Numbered from the whole stretch's first letter, positions 13,516 to 26,258 are shown. The stretch: 63,261 bases of DNA, filler included, from Squatina squatina (GCA_031763465.1; 4 parts of 4 records of this genome joined end to end with filler, not necessarily neighbours in it), one strand, 5' to 3'. Made by a program: numbers and translations. The notes: a model not told the origin generated them from the sequence alone.

Positions 13516-14243
13516 GGCCCTGAATTTGCTCACCACTTTCAGGACCGAAATTGAGTTCCTGTAATGTCCAATTAGCGCCTCCAAGGGGCGCTCATGGGAT
13601 GTTTTAAAAAATGGTGTCGGTGGGTGGCCATCTCTCCTCCCAGGAAATTCAGCTGGGGCACAAAGGCCTTTGCACCTGACCAGCTGAATTTCCCGGTGGG
13701 TCAGCACGTGACATCATCAAATAGCACGCCAACACGGACGCCCTTTGCTCTCCGTTTGTGTCCCCACGGCAAAATCCACCCTCGGGAGGCGGCCGCAGCA
13801 CGGGAGGTTGCAGCGACAGTAAAACCTGTCACTGCAACAGCCTTCTTAAAGGGGAGGGCATCTGCACCTCTGGCCTCCATCTTTAATTTTCGGCCGACTA
13901 CATTGTGCCAGGCTGGTTGCCCAGTCTCCGGCGTCCCTGGTGGCCCAGTGTCCGGCCGCGGGACGTGTTCAGGATAGCCAGCGGCCCTCCCCTTTAAGGG
14001 AGGTCCGGCTGTGCTGCTGACGGCAGCGCGCTGACGCGACGTTTCAGACGCTGATGACGTGGCGCTGAAGCCACGCCACCGGCATCCAAGCCCTGCCACC
14101 CCACGAGCATTTGGGTGTGCACTGTGTCTTGCAGGCACCCCGGAGCACTGAATTCGGGGTTGGGTGGGGTGGGCACCGGCAAGAGAAGTGCCGGCTCCGC
14201 CGCGTACGCGTTCTAAATGCATTGGAACTCAATTTCTAGCCCC
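13516..14243. mobile_element. GC/CpG-rich non-autonomous Harbinger-like element with both termini
   Basis: Left terminus ggccctgaattt, right terminus aatttctagccc; sharp GC step relative to flanks; no credible ORF. Confidence 0.65.
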
Positions 14244-14818
14244 CAGTGTTTTATCATTGTGAAAATGGCACAATGGTATTTTCTGAGCTAACAACTGTTT
14301 TTGCGAGTGGTGTAATTGCTGGTCTGCCTTGAGCCCTGTTTTCTCTGCCTGTCCTTTTATGTGGAAGCTCAGTTAAATTTATACAGATTATGAAGACAGT
14401 GGAGGTAGGCCGAAATCCATGATTTATGGTCCCATTGAACCCAGTGTAAGCAATGGCAAGATAAAGAAGGTTTACCTGTTGCCAGCATCACCTGATATTG
14501 GAGGACGTGCTTCCTGTTTGCAGATTGAAGAAACTAATTCGGGTTATAGCTGGACGCTCAGAAGTCACATTTGAAGAACATTTTTTTTGCATGGTGATAT
14601 AATTGCATCTGAAAGATTGAGTGCTTATCAGGCCTCTGGGAAATTTTCACCCTCCATCCAGATTAAGATGTTCTTATTCATCAATATGGGTTTTCCTAAG
14701 ATAATTCCATTGTTTGCAGTATTAATGGAGTGGGAGAAAGAGGAAAATGGAAGGGGGGAAAGGAGCATGAGACGTATCTGAGGATGATGAAACCCACCAG
14801 ATATTATTTTCCCACATG

Positions 14819-15080
14819 GTCTATAGGCCACACAAATCTGATGAAGCTTTCAGTGAGGAGCTCTGTGTGAGAAGAATGCGGTTCACTGAAGAGGATGCTG
14901 AACTCTGCCAGCTGCTGCAAGAAGACCTGCAGCCAAGATCAGCTGCCTGACCAGTTCTGCCAGTAACTGTCAAAATTATCACTGCCCTCTATTTTTGCCA
15001 GTAGGTCCTTTCAAGCAATGGCCTTCTCAACTTCAGCCAGGTTTCCATCTGAGCATTTTCCGTGCATTTTCCAGGTCACG
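14819..15080 (+). pseudogene. PIF/Harbinger (HARBI1-like) transposase N-terminal remnant
   Basis: Manual translation VYRPHKSDEAFSEELCVRRMRFTEEDAELCQLLQEDLQPRSAA*PVLPVTVKIITALYF-(frameshift)-ASRSFQA matches the Harbinger pattern 'SEEQCxRRLRF...LPVAVKVTxALNFxASGSFQ'. Confidence 0.75.
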
Positions 15081-15084
15081 CATA

Positions 15085-15317
15085 TATTACATAGGATATA
15101 CAACAAAGAATTAGAACCAAACGGCCCAAACATTCTATGCCAGTGTTTATGCTCCACTCGAGCCTCCTCCCGTCTTTCCTCAACTAACCCTATCAGCATA
15201 ACCCTCTATTCCCTTCTCCCTCATATACTCATCTCACCACCGCTTAAATGCATCTATACTATTCGATTCAACCACTCCCTGTGATAGCGAGTTCCACATT
15301 TTCACCACTCTGGGTAN
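15085..15317 (-). mobile_element. CR1-type LINE 3' end inserted directly after the Harbinger remnant
   Basis: Reverse complement of the family seen at 37549-37677 (gaggaggctcgagtggagcataaac). Confidence 0.75.
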
Positions 15318-16399
15318 NNNNNNNNNNNNNNNNNNNNNNNNNNNNNNNNNNNNNNNNNNNNNNNNNNNNNNNNNNNNNNNNNNNNNNNNNNNNNNNNNNN
15401 NNNNNNNNNNNNNNNNTGCATTGTTCTGTGCTGCAGCATGACACTGCTCCTTGCAAATCTATGCATTGCAGTGTGAGGCATAAAAGTAGACAGGCTTTGA
15501 CAATTGACTCTCATGTCTGTGCCAACTCCAAGCCCAGAGCACGTGCCAATGGAACATTCCTCTGAATCCTTGGATATTGTGGCTGAAACCGCCCAGGAAG
15601 TTCTTGGGTTGATGGCTGCTACATCCCAAGGAGTAAACAGAGGCGGTTCACAGCCACTGGCCTGTGCAACAGCCACAAGAGGTAGGTTGAAAATCAGAAA
15701 GAACCCAGTAACTTCATCTCACTTCTTCATTTGCTGCACAGAAATTCTGCACAAAAATGCCTTTTTAGATAAACGCAGTTTGCACACCCAATCTGTAACA
15801 GTGATAGGCACATTAAATACAGACATCTGCACAGTAATGCATAATAAATGTTGCCGCTAATTGAAATATCATGCTGTCTATGCCTTTTCTGTGGAGGCCA
15901 AGTGATAACAGCACATGCTCATTAGTAACCATTACTGTTCAGATGTAAAGCAGCAGTAATTACAGCAGCTATGCTCATCAGAAGGATATTTACCTTTCCC
16001 AGAGATAAAGTAACAAACTCAGTGCAGAGCAAGGGGTCCGTTGAAAGTTCATTTCACCCAACAGAATACAGCTCCAAACAGTGCTAGTCGCCCTGAACAA
16101 GCATTTAATTAGTATTAATTAGCATTGGTATTAGATAAACTAACAGCAGAACATCAGTGTTCCTAAACTAAATTTTCACAGTACAGAAAACAAGTGATAG
16201 GGCGACAACCTCTCGCCGCTGCAGCTATCATTATTTTTACAAGAACTCATTTGTGATTTCACAGGAAATACAAAGAATATGCACCTCCCAAACCCGTGNN
16301 NNNNNNNNNNNNNNNNNNNNNNNNNNNNNNNNNNNNNNNNNNNNNNNNNNNNNNNNNNNNNNNNNNNNNNNNNNNNNNNNNNNNNNNNNNNNNNNNNNG

Positions 16400-16768
16400 A
16401 TTCTTCACCTAACCTTGGCCTCGACCCCCATGGACCCAGCCAAAGGCATCCTGCTGGGATTTTTCACCGGCATCGAGGTGGTTATCTGTGCCTTAGTGGT
16501 GGTGAAGAAGGACGCGACTTCGCACAGTTATCTGCAGTACAGCGGCCTGGTGACCTGGCTGGTGATGGCCACTCAGATTCTGGCCACTGGCCTCGGCTAC
16601 GGACTGTTGGGAGACGGCATCGGTTACGTGCTTTTTACTCTTTTCGCCACTTATAGCATGCTTCCCCTGCCCTTGACCTGGGCGATCTTGGCTGGCTTCC
16701 TGACCTCCACCCTCCACGTTGTGGTACAGTTACTCATCCCTCGAGCTGCAATCCCAACCACAAACCAG
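16400..16768 (+). CDS. ADCY8: Adenylate cyclase type 8, 3' part of first coding exon (M1 transmembrane cluster); 5' part lost in the N gap
   Basis: Translation [38 protein letters not shown]...[32 protein letters not shown]...TTNQ closely matches vertebrate ADCY8 as I recall it. Ends CAG|GTAGCT (donor GT at 16769-16770, phase 0), where homology stops. Confidence 0.93.
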
Positions 16769-17243
16769 GTAGCTCCACATGTTATACAAGCGGTATGTGC
16801 ATATACTCCGACAATACGGCGTTACATTTCTGAAGGGGGCAACTAAGGAGAGCCATTCGTAATGTAGATGTAGAATACATGTAGGCATAAAATGGTTTAG
16901 TTAGTCTCGGCCTAACCCATCAATCTGCACCTTTCGCCAGCCTTTGTAAATGATGTATTTATCCAGCTGTGCAATGTGGATATGAAATTAAGTGAACCTG
17001 TGTCCAGGTCCCCTATTTGGTCAACTTTCTACACTTATTTTCAGCATTCTTTGTCTAAGCCGGCGCTGATATCTGACTGTTTTATTTATGTCTGGTGATT
17101 GTTGATGTTGTGGTGGTGGGTAGGTTGCACTTGTTGTCAAGATCCTATTTCCCCGGGACATTGTGCTATTTCATGCTGCGCCAGGTCTGACGGGTTAAAG
17201 CTGTACCTGCAGATTCTGCTGACCAGCGACGATCGACAGTATG

Positions 17244-17343
17244 NNNNNNNNNNNNNNNNNNNNNNNNNNNNNNNNNNNNNNNNNNNNTTAATTAATTAAN
17301 NNNNNNNNNNNNNNNNNNNNNNNNNNNNNNNNNNNNNNNNNNN
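17244..17343. other. Artificial scaffold linker N44-TTAATTAATTAA-N44
   Basis: The 12-mer at 17288-17299 has stops in all six frames; total length is exactly 100 bp. Confidence 0.95.
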
Positions 17344-17550
17344 TATGGGGTGGAGTGTTGCAGCAAGGAATATGGAGAAGAGTGTCAGTGCGATGACACA
17401 GCCTTGCTTGACCCCAGTGTTGACTTGTATTGGATCTGTTGTTGTGCCATTGCTGAGAATCACAGCTTGCATGTCATCGGGGAGTAGGCGGAGAATGGTG
17501 ATAAATTTGTGCGGACAACCAAACTTGAGGTGAACATTCCACAATCCCTC
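17344..17550 (-). mobile_element. RTE-clade LINE reverse transcriptase fragment
   Basis: LKFGCPHKFITILRLL.DDM...TGVKQGCVIALTLFSIF, typical of RTE/BovB RT. Confidence 0.9.
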
Positions 17551-18158
17551 TTACACCATTGATTGTACACCCACAAACACTGATGTCATGGTAGAGCCTG
17601 TACACAACGTTACTCCATTGAATGTACATCCACAAAGACTGATGTCAGGGCAGGGCCTGTACATAATGTTACTCCATTGATTGTACACCCTCAAAAACTG
17701 ATGTCGGGGCAGGGCCTGTACACATGTTACTCCATTGAATGTACACCCTCAAACACTGATGTAGGGGCAGGGCCTGTACACATGCTACTCCATTGAATGT
17801 ACACCCTCAAACACTAATTTTGGGGCAGGGCCTGTTCACAATATTACACCATTGTATGTACACCCACAAACACTGATGTCAGTCAGGGCCTGTACACAAC
17901 GTTACTCCATTGAATGTACACCCACAAACACTGGTGTCAGGGCAGGGCCTGTACACACGTTACTTCATTGAATGTACACCCACAAACACAGGTGTTGGGC
18001 AGGGCCTGTTCACAATATTACACCATTGTATGTACACCTACAAACACTGATGTCAGGCAGGGCCTGTACAGAAAGTTACTCCATTGAATGTACACCCTCA
18101 AAGACTGATCTCGGTGTAGAGCCTGTACACATGTTACTCTATATGTACACCCAAAAAC
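17551..18158. repeat. Minisatellite, 58-59 bp unit, ~10.5 copies
   Basis: Consensus ttactccattgaatgtacacccacaaacactgatgtcagggcagggcctgtacacaacg. Unit starts near 17551, 17610, 17669, 17727, 17785, 17844, 17902, 17960, 18018, 18076 and 18134. Confidence 0.95.
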
Positions 18159-18978
18159 AATGAGAAGAAAACTGAGCCCAACGAAATAACGTCTTTAAAT
18201 CTATCCTAAATGCATGTTTCTTTCAATCATAATTAAAGAGGCTTCTTTGTTCAACTTATCATTTCTATAAAATACTACACACGTACATGTTTTGAGGCTA
18301 AAGAAAACAAACATAAGCTCCTTATCAGAAAATATTACATTACACTTGAAAGGTGAAACATTCTGTCACTTGCTTGGGTCATTTGAAATCCCTGCTTTGT
18401 TGTGATAGGTCAATGCACAATACATGCTTGCAGACTAAGGTCAAATCACACATGAGCTAGGTCCTTCAGCTACATGTGACTGAGTTCTGACACACAGCAA
18501 CCTTTTTTTAATGCTGTCTATCAAATATGCTTTTGTTTGCTGTTCCATTTTATGATTAATAAGTGTGGACATTGTGCACAATGTCACAAATGGAAAAATG
18601 GCTAAAGTGAGCATGGTTGATGGAGCTGTTGCCAGAATGAACATCTACCCTTTGAAAATAGAATCTTGCAGTAGATGAAAGTAAAAATGATTACTTTAAA
18701 TCTTCTATGTGTATTTATTTTCTTAAAAATGATTCTACATATCATAATTTCAGTGCAATAATGTGTGGAATATTCTTTGGTTAAGCTTCCAATAAGTCCA
18801 GCATTTTAACCAATGTATAAGGCAACAAATTTTAATATCCTTAAATNNNNNNNNAATCAAAACAAATTATTTATATCTCCTGTAATTTAGGTAGATCACG
18901 TGCCCTGGGAACATGGGAATATATCTTCAGGCTGACTTATTCATTTTGCATATTTGAAGTAAAAAATATTTTGCTCAC

Positions 18979-19061
18979 CATCCGAGGCTTCCCGTTAAGA
19001 CGCTCTTCCTGTACATAAAGCGGATTGTATAGTTATCCTCCTGGATAATCCTCTCGTTATT
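18979..19061 (-). CDS. Candidate 83-nt internal coding exon, product unidentified (NNERIIQEDNYTIRFMYRKSVLTGSLG)
   Basis: Flanked by ...cctattgcAG and GTGAGC on the minus strand. Only one frame is open. Locally CpG-rich within AT-rich DNA. Confidence 0.4.
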
Positions 19062-20760
19062 CTGCAATAGGTGATACATTGTGGAAATGTCTTGATATGC
19101 TCTAATGTGGAGGCAGCACAGTGTCTTTTTTTTTTAAAATCACATTTGGAATTATGCAAATATGAGATGTAATATTCTGCTAGTTCTCATGTATGTATGG
19201 TAGTAGCAATGTCAACTGACAGTTTTTCTGTGATGCTCCCAGTTCAAAACTTTATTAAAAATTTAGTTGCCCTTAAGTCACCATAATACTATGGAAAGTG
19301 CTGTTTTATTGCTGCTGCTCATTGTTTTTAAGCAGCGTGATGAGCGAACTTGCACTAGTCGACTAGATAAATGTACAAAGCATAGTTTCCACTAACCAGT
19401 GCATACTGATTTTAGCAACAATGACCTCTTTCTATTCTTACATCCACCCTTTATTTTCCTCTGCAGTGTCCATATACCAACCACTTATGACGTCAGCACT
19501 AATGAGTGTCTAAACGGTTAAAAGTTTAATTTCATTTTGTATAATAAATGTTTTATCGCAACTATATCATGCCATCTAGTCCAGGAATTTCAATAGGGAG
19601 CAAACATGTTCCAAAATAAATTATCTTAGACAGTTTTGAAAAATCATTCCTGTCACCATGTTCACAGTCATACACACACATGCTTAAAAGGCTAACCACT
19701 TCATCTGTTTAATAATATGCGAGGCCAGGGATGATACACATACAGTATTTTAACAGTACAGCTATTACTAGTCATAATATAATTTTTAATATTGAAATAC
19801 TTATGTTGCAACCATCTCAAATACATAAACCATAATTCAATAAACTTCGAGTAGACCAAAATGGAAATTTCTTATTTGCTTTCAAATGATTAAACGGTTA
19901 ATACCCCAGTTTGTTATATTTCCTGTGCTGATTATTAAATCAAATAACTTCCTTTTGGTAAAGTGCATGAAAATGTATGAAAAGAATTAATTGTCAGTGT
20001 TGACAGCAAATGACAGGCTTTGATAGGTTTGTCCTTCCAATGCCGTCCATACCTTTTCACAGTAACAACTCATTATTTTGTTAATAAGGAATGCCTAAAA
20101 TTAATTTTCACAGCTATTTTACTCCAGTTATAGAAAGCATGAGTGATTTAAATTAAGTTCTTTAGCATTAATATTTTGGTACAAAAATACAAAAGGCCTG
20201 ACAGGGACCTTAATTCTGGTGGTTAGACATACATGTCAGCAAATAATAAAGTAATATCCCTGTTCTGTCCCATAATGGGAAGTACACATTTTTTCAAAGC
20301 AGGTCTCCCTCTTATTTGTACTTTAAAAAGAAAACTTTTTCAAAGTCTTAATTGTAACTTTCATCAATGGAGAAATTTGGCCCTCTGCAAAAGTAAATTC
20401 GTTTTTCAAGGCTATAATGTTTCTTTAGCCTTCAATATGCAGTTAAAACCCCAGTTACACCTAATGCAACAAGGTCTAATGGGGTATTTAACAGCGATTT
20501 ATTATTGCATGAAAAGCCAGGGTTTTGTTCGTTTCACTGATTTCATTTCTGTGTTGGGATGCACATGCATTAAATTCTGAAGTTGCGGTCAGTTTCAAAG
20601 GGGCAATGTCCTACCGTGGGGAGGGTGAGGAAGATGAACCAGAAATTCAAGCCTGATCTCGTAGAGGTGTTTCATGTGTCCTATGAGGAAAGGAATATGG
20701 TTAGAAACATGCAGATAATTGGGTAAAAGCATATATGTTTAAAACCAATTAGAGTTAGTC

Positions 20761-20912
20761 AAAACAGAAGCTGCGGATGCTGGAATCCGAAATAAAAACA
20801 GAAAACGCTGGAAATACTCATCAGGTCAGGCAGCAACTGTGGAGAGAGAAACCGAGTTAATGTTTCAGATTGATGACCTTTCGGCAGAACTGGAAAAAGG
20901 TAGAAATGTAGC
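20761..20912 (-). mobile_element. Penelope-type terminal repeat with degenerate hammerhead core
   Basis: Minus strand ttCTGCCGAaaggtcatcaatctGAAACatta followed by the common shark repeat ...tctctccacag..gctgcctgacctg.tgagtatttccagc. Confidence 0.6.
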
Positions 20913-21462
20913 NNNNNNNNNNNNNNNNNNNNNNNNNNNNNNNNNNNNNNNNNNNNNNNNNNNNNNNNNNNNNNNNNNNNNNNNNNNNNNNNNNNNNNNN
21001 NNNNNNNNNNNNTATCCATGGTAACCTGTTCTTTTTCACATGAAGTATGAATCTTGTCGGTAACTGCTTAAAAATCATTGGACACAATGCAGTGGCTAGA
21101 TGGAGTTGCCTCACTCACAATATGCAAAAAGCCTTCAAATCAGTTAAATACAGATGGTGATAAAGTTTCAAATTGAAATTATCTCACTGTACTGATAAAT
21201 AAAGCTTCTCTGGTACCTGAATCATGACACTAACTATACGTTTCGATTTTTTAAGTAGTGATTAGGTGGGTACTCAGGGGAAAATACTAGTCCACGCCGA
21301 GATAACAGACTCAATATCAAGTATAAAGAGGCTTGAATTCTAACCAATCTCATGTAATGAATTGAAATTCTCCAGCTTTCAACAAAGAAAAAACAAGCTG
21401 TGCAGTACCATCGGCTAACCGCTGTCAGGAAATATAATTTGTACTCTCCGTGATTCACCTAC

Positions 21463-21503
21463 CTCATATCCAGCATGCAAATTTATTTCACCAATAATCA
21501 GAC
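21463..21503 (-). CDS. Weak candidate 41-nt exon (GLIIGEINLHAGYE)
   Basis: ttctcttgggcaatcttcAG acceptor and GAG|GTAGGT donor; one open frame; phase-0 end is compatible with the candidate exon at 18979-19061. Confidence 0.2.
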
Positions 21504-23813
21504 CTGAAGATTGCCCAAGAGAATTAATAGCATCATTCCTTATGCACTGGCTGCTCTGNNNNNNNNNNNNNNNNNNNNNNNNNNNNNNNNNNNNNNNNNN
21601 NNNNNNNNNNNNNNNNNNNNNNNNNNNNNNNNNNNNNNNNNNNNNNNNNNNNNNNNNNNNNNNNNNNNNNNNNNNNNNNNNNNNNNNNNNNNNNNNNNNN
21701 NNNNNNNNNNNNNNNNNNNNNNNNNNNNNNNNNNAAAGCAGAAACACAACGCCGGAAAGAGAAAATGGTGGAATGGGTGGACAGAGCAGCATTTTAGTCC
21801 TTTTGTATTTATGCCTTGCTATTTCTGAAATAGGGAGTTGTTCCAAACCCAAATGGGGTTATGCAAAAAGGCAATATTTTTGCACATTTACCCATTTTCT
21901 TTTCCTTTGACTTGAATGAGAAAAAAAATGGGGGCACATGTAAAACAGGCTGCTGATTCACTATCACTCGTTTTGCACTTCTGCCCAGGATCAATTTCAC
22001 CCCCAGTGTCCAAATTAGGACTCATGAGATTACGATGAAATAATACAACATCACCTGTTTCATGTCACCTTTGACTTTGAGTTTGATGCTTAACCCCAGT
22101 TTATGGCCAAGGACCAGCTCTAAATGTAGTTCTACATCACCCCACAATACGACTGCAGTTGAAAATAAAGGAGTGAACTCGGAAGAAGCACTGGGAGAAA
22201 ACACTGAATAAAATTAAAAAATGGTTTAATGGGTAATTGTGCTGAAAATTATTTCATATTCAGCATAGGTAAAAGGTTACACAATGATATAAAATTGTGA
22301 CCATGGTCTGTAAGCATATATCGCGCAATGTGTAACATTATGCTGGCAACCATCTTTGTACTATCCCATCAAACCGATTTCGATATTATTTTAATTGTTT
22401 ATGGCGTTTCATTAGTAATGAATGAAATATTCCACAAAATACTTCAGTTATAACAAAAAAAGGTGGATTAAGTACACTATTTAGTATGAGGCATTCACTT
22501 TGTTGTTACGCATTTTGGGATTAATATCTGAAATTAATCCTTGGTCATGTGCCAGTGAACAATATTAGTGCCATCCATTAAGTAATCTATAAATATCTGC
22601 TGCAGGTAAGGGAGCAATAGATGTTTGTGACATATAACTGTGCTAGAACTAGTTATTGTCAGAACACTAATCAAAGCAGGGGTTTTTTCTCACCATTTTA
22701 GCATCCTTTTCATCCAGTTAATTTTTTATGTTGAAATCTCCTAGGATTTAGGCCATAATTGAAGCAATCACATGAAATTCCAGTTCTCCATTAGAATTAG
22801 CTGAGATAATCTGGGCAGGATTTCAAGATTTTTTTTCATGAGTGGAGAACAAATGACTGTATACCTACAGAATTTGCAATGGATTACTGTCACAGTCATG
22901 AATCTAATTATCAAATACTTGTTTCTGTGGACTTTCTACCCATTTAGCAAAATGCTTCCAGCGTGGTATCACTGACCATTCCCATTACTCTAACATTAAG
23001 GTTGTGAAATATAACCTAAAATTAGAAATATACTTTCTACACAGACCTGCGGCAGTTCCACTGTTGCTACTGTAGAGCTGGCTATGGAATGTGGATATGG
23101 AGCACGCACTCTGGGACCTATCCCTTTTGGAATGAGAGCTGGGAGTTCTCTCAAAGAACCAGGTCCAGAGCTAATTAATGGGACAACATCTGCTTAAACA
23201 CAGGCAAGCACCACCAACTCCAGTGCCAAGGTATTGGGGAAACAATTGAAAGGAAAAGTATTCACACTGAGCAAATAAAACTACCCTAATCCTTCTGTAA
23301 ATTTTTATAGGCTGCATTATAAACTATATGTTGCAATTATCTTTAAGAGTTGTGCTATAGTTTCCTAATTGTCATATATATCTTAAATCCAAAAGTGGTC
23401 AGATTTTTCTGAATTCACACTATTCAGATCGATTTGAACTTTGATAATATGGGTGGTCAGTTGAAATAAGTGAAATCGCAGGAGGTTTTTAAGCACAACT
23501 TTAATGCCTCAAAATCTCTCAAATTGCACACATGAAAGTAGGTTAAGAAATTCCAAGCCACTGAGCACTCTGAATCTACAGTGCAGTTTATGCTTCTAAG
23601 ACACCAGATGGGGTCATATTTGCATCAGTGCAACATAGATGCTTGATGAAGCAAGCAACATAAAATGGTGATGAAAGGCAAATGAGGTCATTTTTATTAA
23701 TGCAGAATATTAANNNNNNNNNNNNNNNNNNNNNNNNNNNNNNNNNNNNNNNNNNNNNNNNNNNNNNNNNNNNNNNNNNNNNNNNNNNNNNNNNNNNNNN
23801 NNNNNNNNNNNNN

Positions 23814-24330
23814 AAAAAACCTAAGTGTCAATAGTCCCATTAGCGCTGGTTTGGAACATAGGTTTTGTTTTGTGATGCCAAGAAATTTTCAAAGAGGCCA
23901 ATTCTGTGTCTTAAGATAATTGTCCAAAACGGGCGCTAAATTTAAACCTATTGGCCCGATATAGCCACAGACTATAAAAAGGCCAATTGGGCGCCCATGG
24001 TTTTTAACCAATGTACCACTAATTTAATTTATTTTTAGACTTTTTAAAACTCTTACGCTGGTAAAAACAGGCCTGTACGCTTGGTTTTACCATGTGTAAG
24101 GAATTAAAGAGCTTTCTATGGGCAAGAGTTGGGCAAATAGTACAACTCTCTGCTCAGGAAAGCTCTTTTGCAGCTCAAGCGGATCATCTGTCAAGACAAA
24201 TCTTGACAGATCACAAGTTCCAGGATTAGGGGCATGCGCAGTGCAGCCCTGGACCTGGAACTTGTGAGGTGCAAACACCGTACACACCCGGAGGAACCTG
24301 CTGGGATTGCAACCCAAAAGGAAGTATTGA
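23814..24330 (+). mobile_element. Hairpin-chain non-autonomous element (homologous to 869-1439)
   Basis: Four consecutive inverted repeats at 24052-24100, 24106-24168, 24186-24211 and 24211-24267. Confidence 0.6.
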
Positions 24331-26258
24331 AGATTGTTGAGAGGTAGTGGAACAAGCCATAAAAGCATAATCTAGAAAATTGCACATGAAAAATACTTAA
24401 GGTCAGTTATAATTATTCAAATCTACAACTGACAATTCTAATGTATTCAGTCAGTTCTCAAGCAATCTGTAGCCAAGGTACTTTACATTCAGGTTAGCTG
24501 TGCATAAGGCCATAAATTTACGCTATTGCCTAAAACACACAGTACACGATAACTGCTCATTCAGATTGTCCTTTTTGCAGAAAGTTACTTATAGCAGAAA
24601 TCTCCAAGGCCAAACTGACTATGGGGCACAGCAAGTGAAACCACGTTAAAGAGGTTATAATGGATGCCATACAGAGGGAAGTCATACATGGTGTGGATGA
24701 TATGCAATGATTGAGGAATTGCAGTGCAAGGGAAAGATGCTTGAATTGATCAGTGGCTGTCTCCAACACTGGTATGAGTGAAGATGCACAAGAACAAGTA
24801 GGTTGCTCTCAAGTCACTGCTCGTCTATTTCCAGCAAGGGTCTCTGCAGAAGTGACAGGAGAAGCCCCAATCCAAGGAACTGAGTTCGGATTTGCTGTTC
24901 TGGCACACAGGAAGGATTATCCAGGTTTGCAACATGTCAAGGCAAGGGCTCTCAACAAGACAGCTGCTCTCATTAGTACACCACTTATAAATAAAACACT
25001 AGAAAGACCATTTCACACTAGTACATGGAGTACAAAGGGAAAACACAGCGGCATATCACGTTAAACACCTTCCCTGTTGCTGAAATGAAGACACAGCACA
25101 TCTTTTTAAACCTTCAGGAATTGTTTTCTTTGAAAAATAAAATGTTTTCCAGATAAAGATTAGTAATAAAGAATGGCTTATTTAACGAAAGGGAAAATAA
25201 CACCATTTAAATTTTTACTTTAGATGAGTTAAGGAAGGCTTTGAAATAGTGACCAAAGGAATTTTATACTGACATGGTAACATGTTTATTACAAATATCA
25301 TTTAGAGCAACCTCACCCCAAAGGTTTCTGCACTTAATGTTCAGCTAATGCACATGTTAGCTGTGGCACGGAGGAATTTAACTTCCGCAGTTCATGTTCT
25401 TGACAATCCAATGAGGATGGTATACCAATCTCTCAGACCAGGATTGGCTTTAACTATCATTATATAAACATACAGGCTCCAGAGCTGAGAACTTAACATA
25501 CCTGTAGGCTCATTTCATTTCAGTTCACACATGTCTTTCTCTGCTCCCAGCTTTTCAGCTAATTCCTGTCTCATCTCAGNNNNNNNNNNNNNNNNNNNNN
25601 NNNNNNNNNNNNNNNNNNNNNNNNNNNNNNNNNNNNNNNNNNNNNNNNNNNNNNNNNNNNNNNNNNNNNNNNNNNNNNNCCGTAATTCCTATTGCAATTG
25701 TTGTTTTACAAAAGAAAAAACTGAATTGCTCTTAATTTATAAGCAGTATCAGAAACAAACCTTGTCCTCAATAAACAGGGATGGAATTTTGCACTTCAAA
25801 AACTAAAGATTGTGGTAAAAACAGGGAAGAGCTTAATTTTAATTCTTAAATCTATTGTATAGAATGCATAAGAGACCAGACATAATTTCCCATGATTCTC
25901 ACCAGGCTGTGCGTTGANNNNNNNNNNGTGCGTTGAGTTTTTCCATGAAAGAGAGCAATGGCGGCATGTTAATAGGCTGCAGGAAATCAGCATTTCAAAT
26001 GGAAGCCTCTGTGTTTTGAGAACTCAGAAAGTGGCATGTTTTGAGCTTTGTGTTGGGTGATTCTTTCAGTGCTGATTTTTGTCTTTTTATTGTTTCAGAT
26101 CTTTGGCCTAGAGTTTTGCCTGCCAAATTTCTAGTCGCTCCAGTAATAATTTTGAAAATAGGCATTCCCAGGAGAATTCCCCTCTTTTTGTATTATTTAT
26201 AGAAGGAAGAAGAGAATGAAAGCAGGGATGCAAGGCAGGTCATATATATCACAGCCTT

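Noticed and set aside
13594-14232. Overlapping 127-173 aa ORFs or a CpG-island promoter
   Set aside because: Stop-poor GC-rich MITE interior bounded by terminal repeats; no recognisable protein.
16769-16846. ADCY8 ORF continuation [10 protein letters not shown]...
   Set aside because: Intron read-through past the GT donor; homology ends at NQ.
17288-17299. TTAATTAATTAA as a biological motif (PacI, homeodomain or piggyBac site)
   Set aside because: Always centred between exactly 44 N on each side, so it is a synthetic linker.
17551-18158. CRISPR-like array
   Set aside because: Whole units are repeated with no unique spacers; no cas genes; vertebrate context.
24557-25064. Protein-looking frames on both strands
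   Set aside because: No convincing splice-site pair and no recognisable homology.
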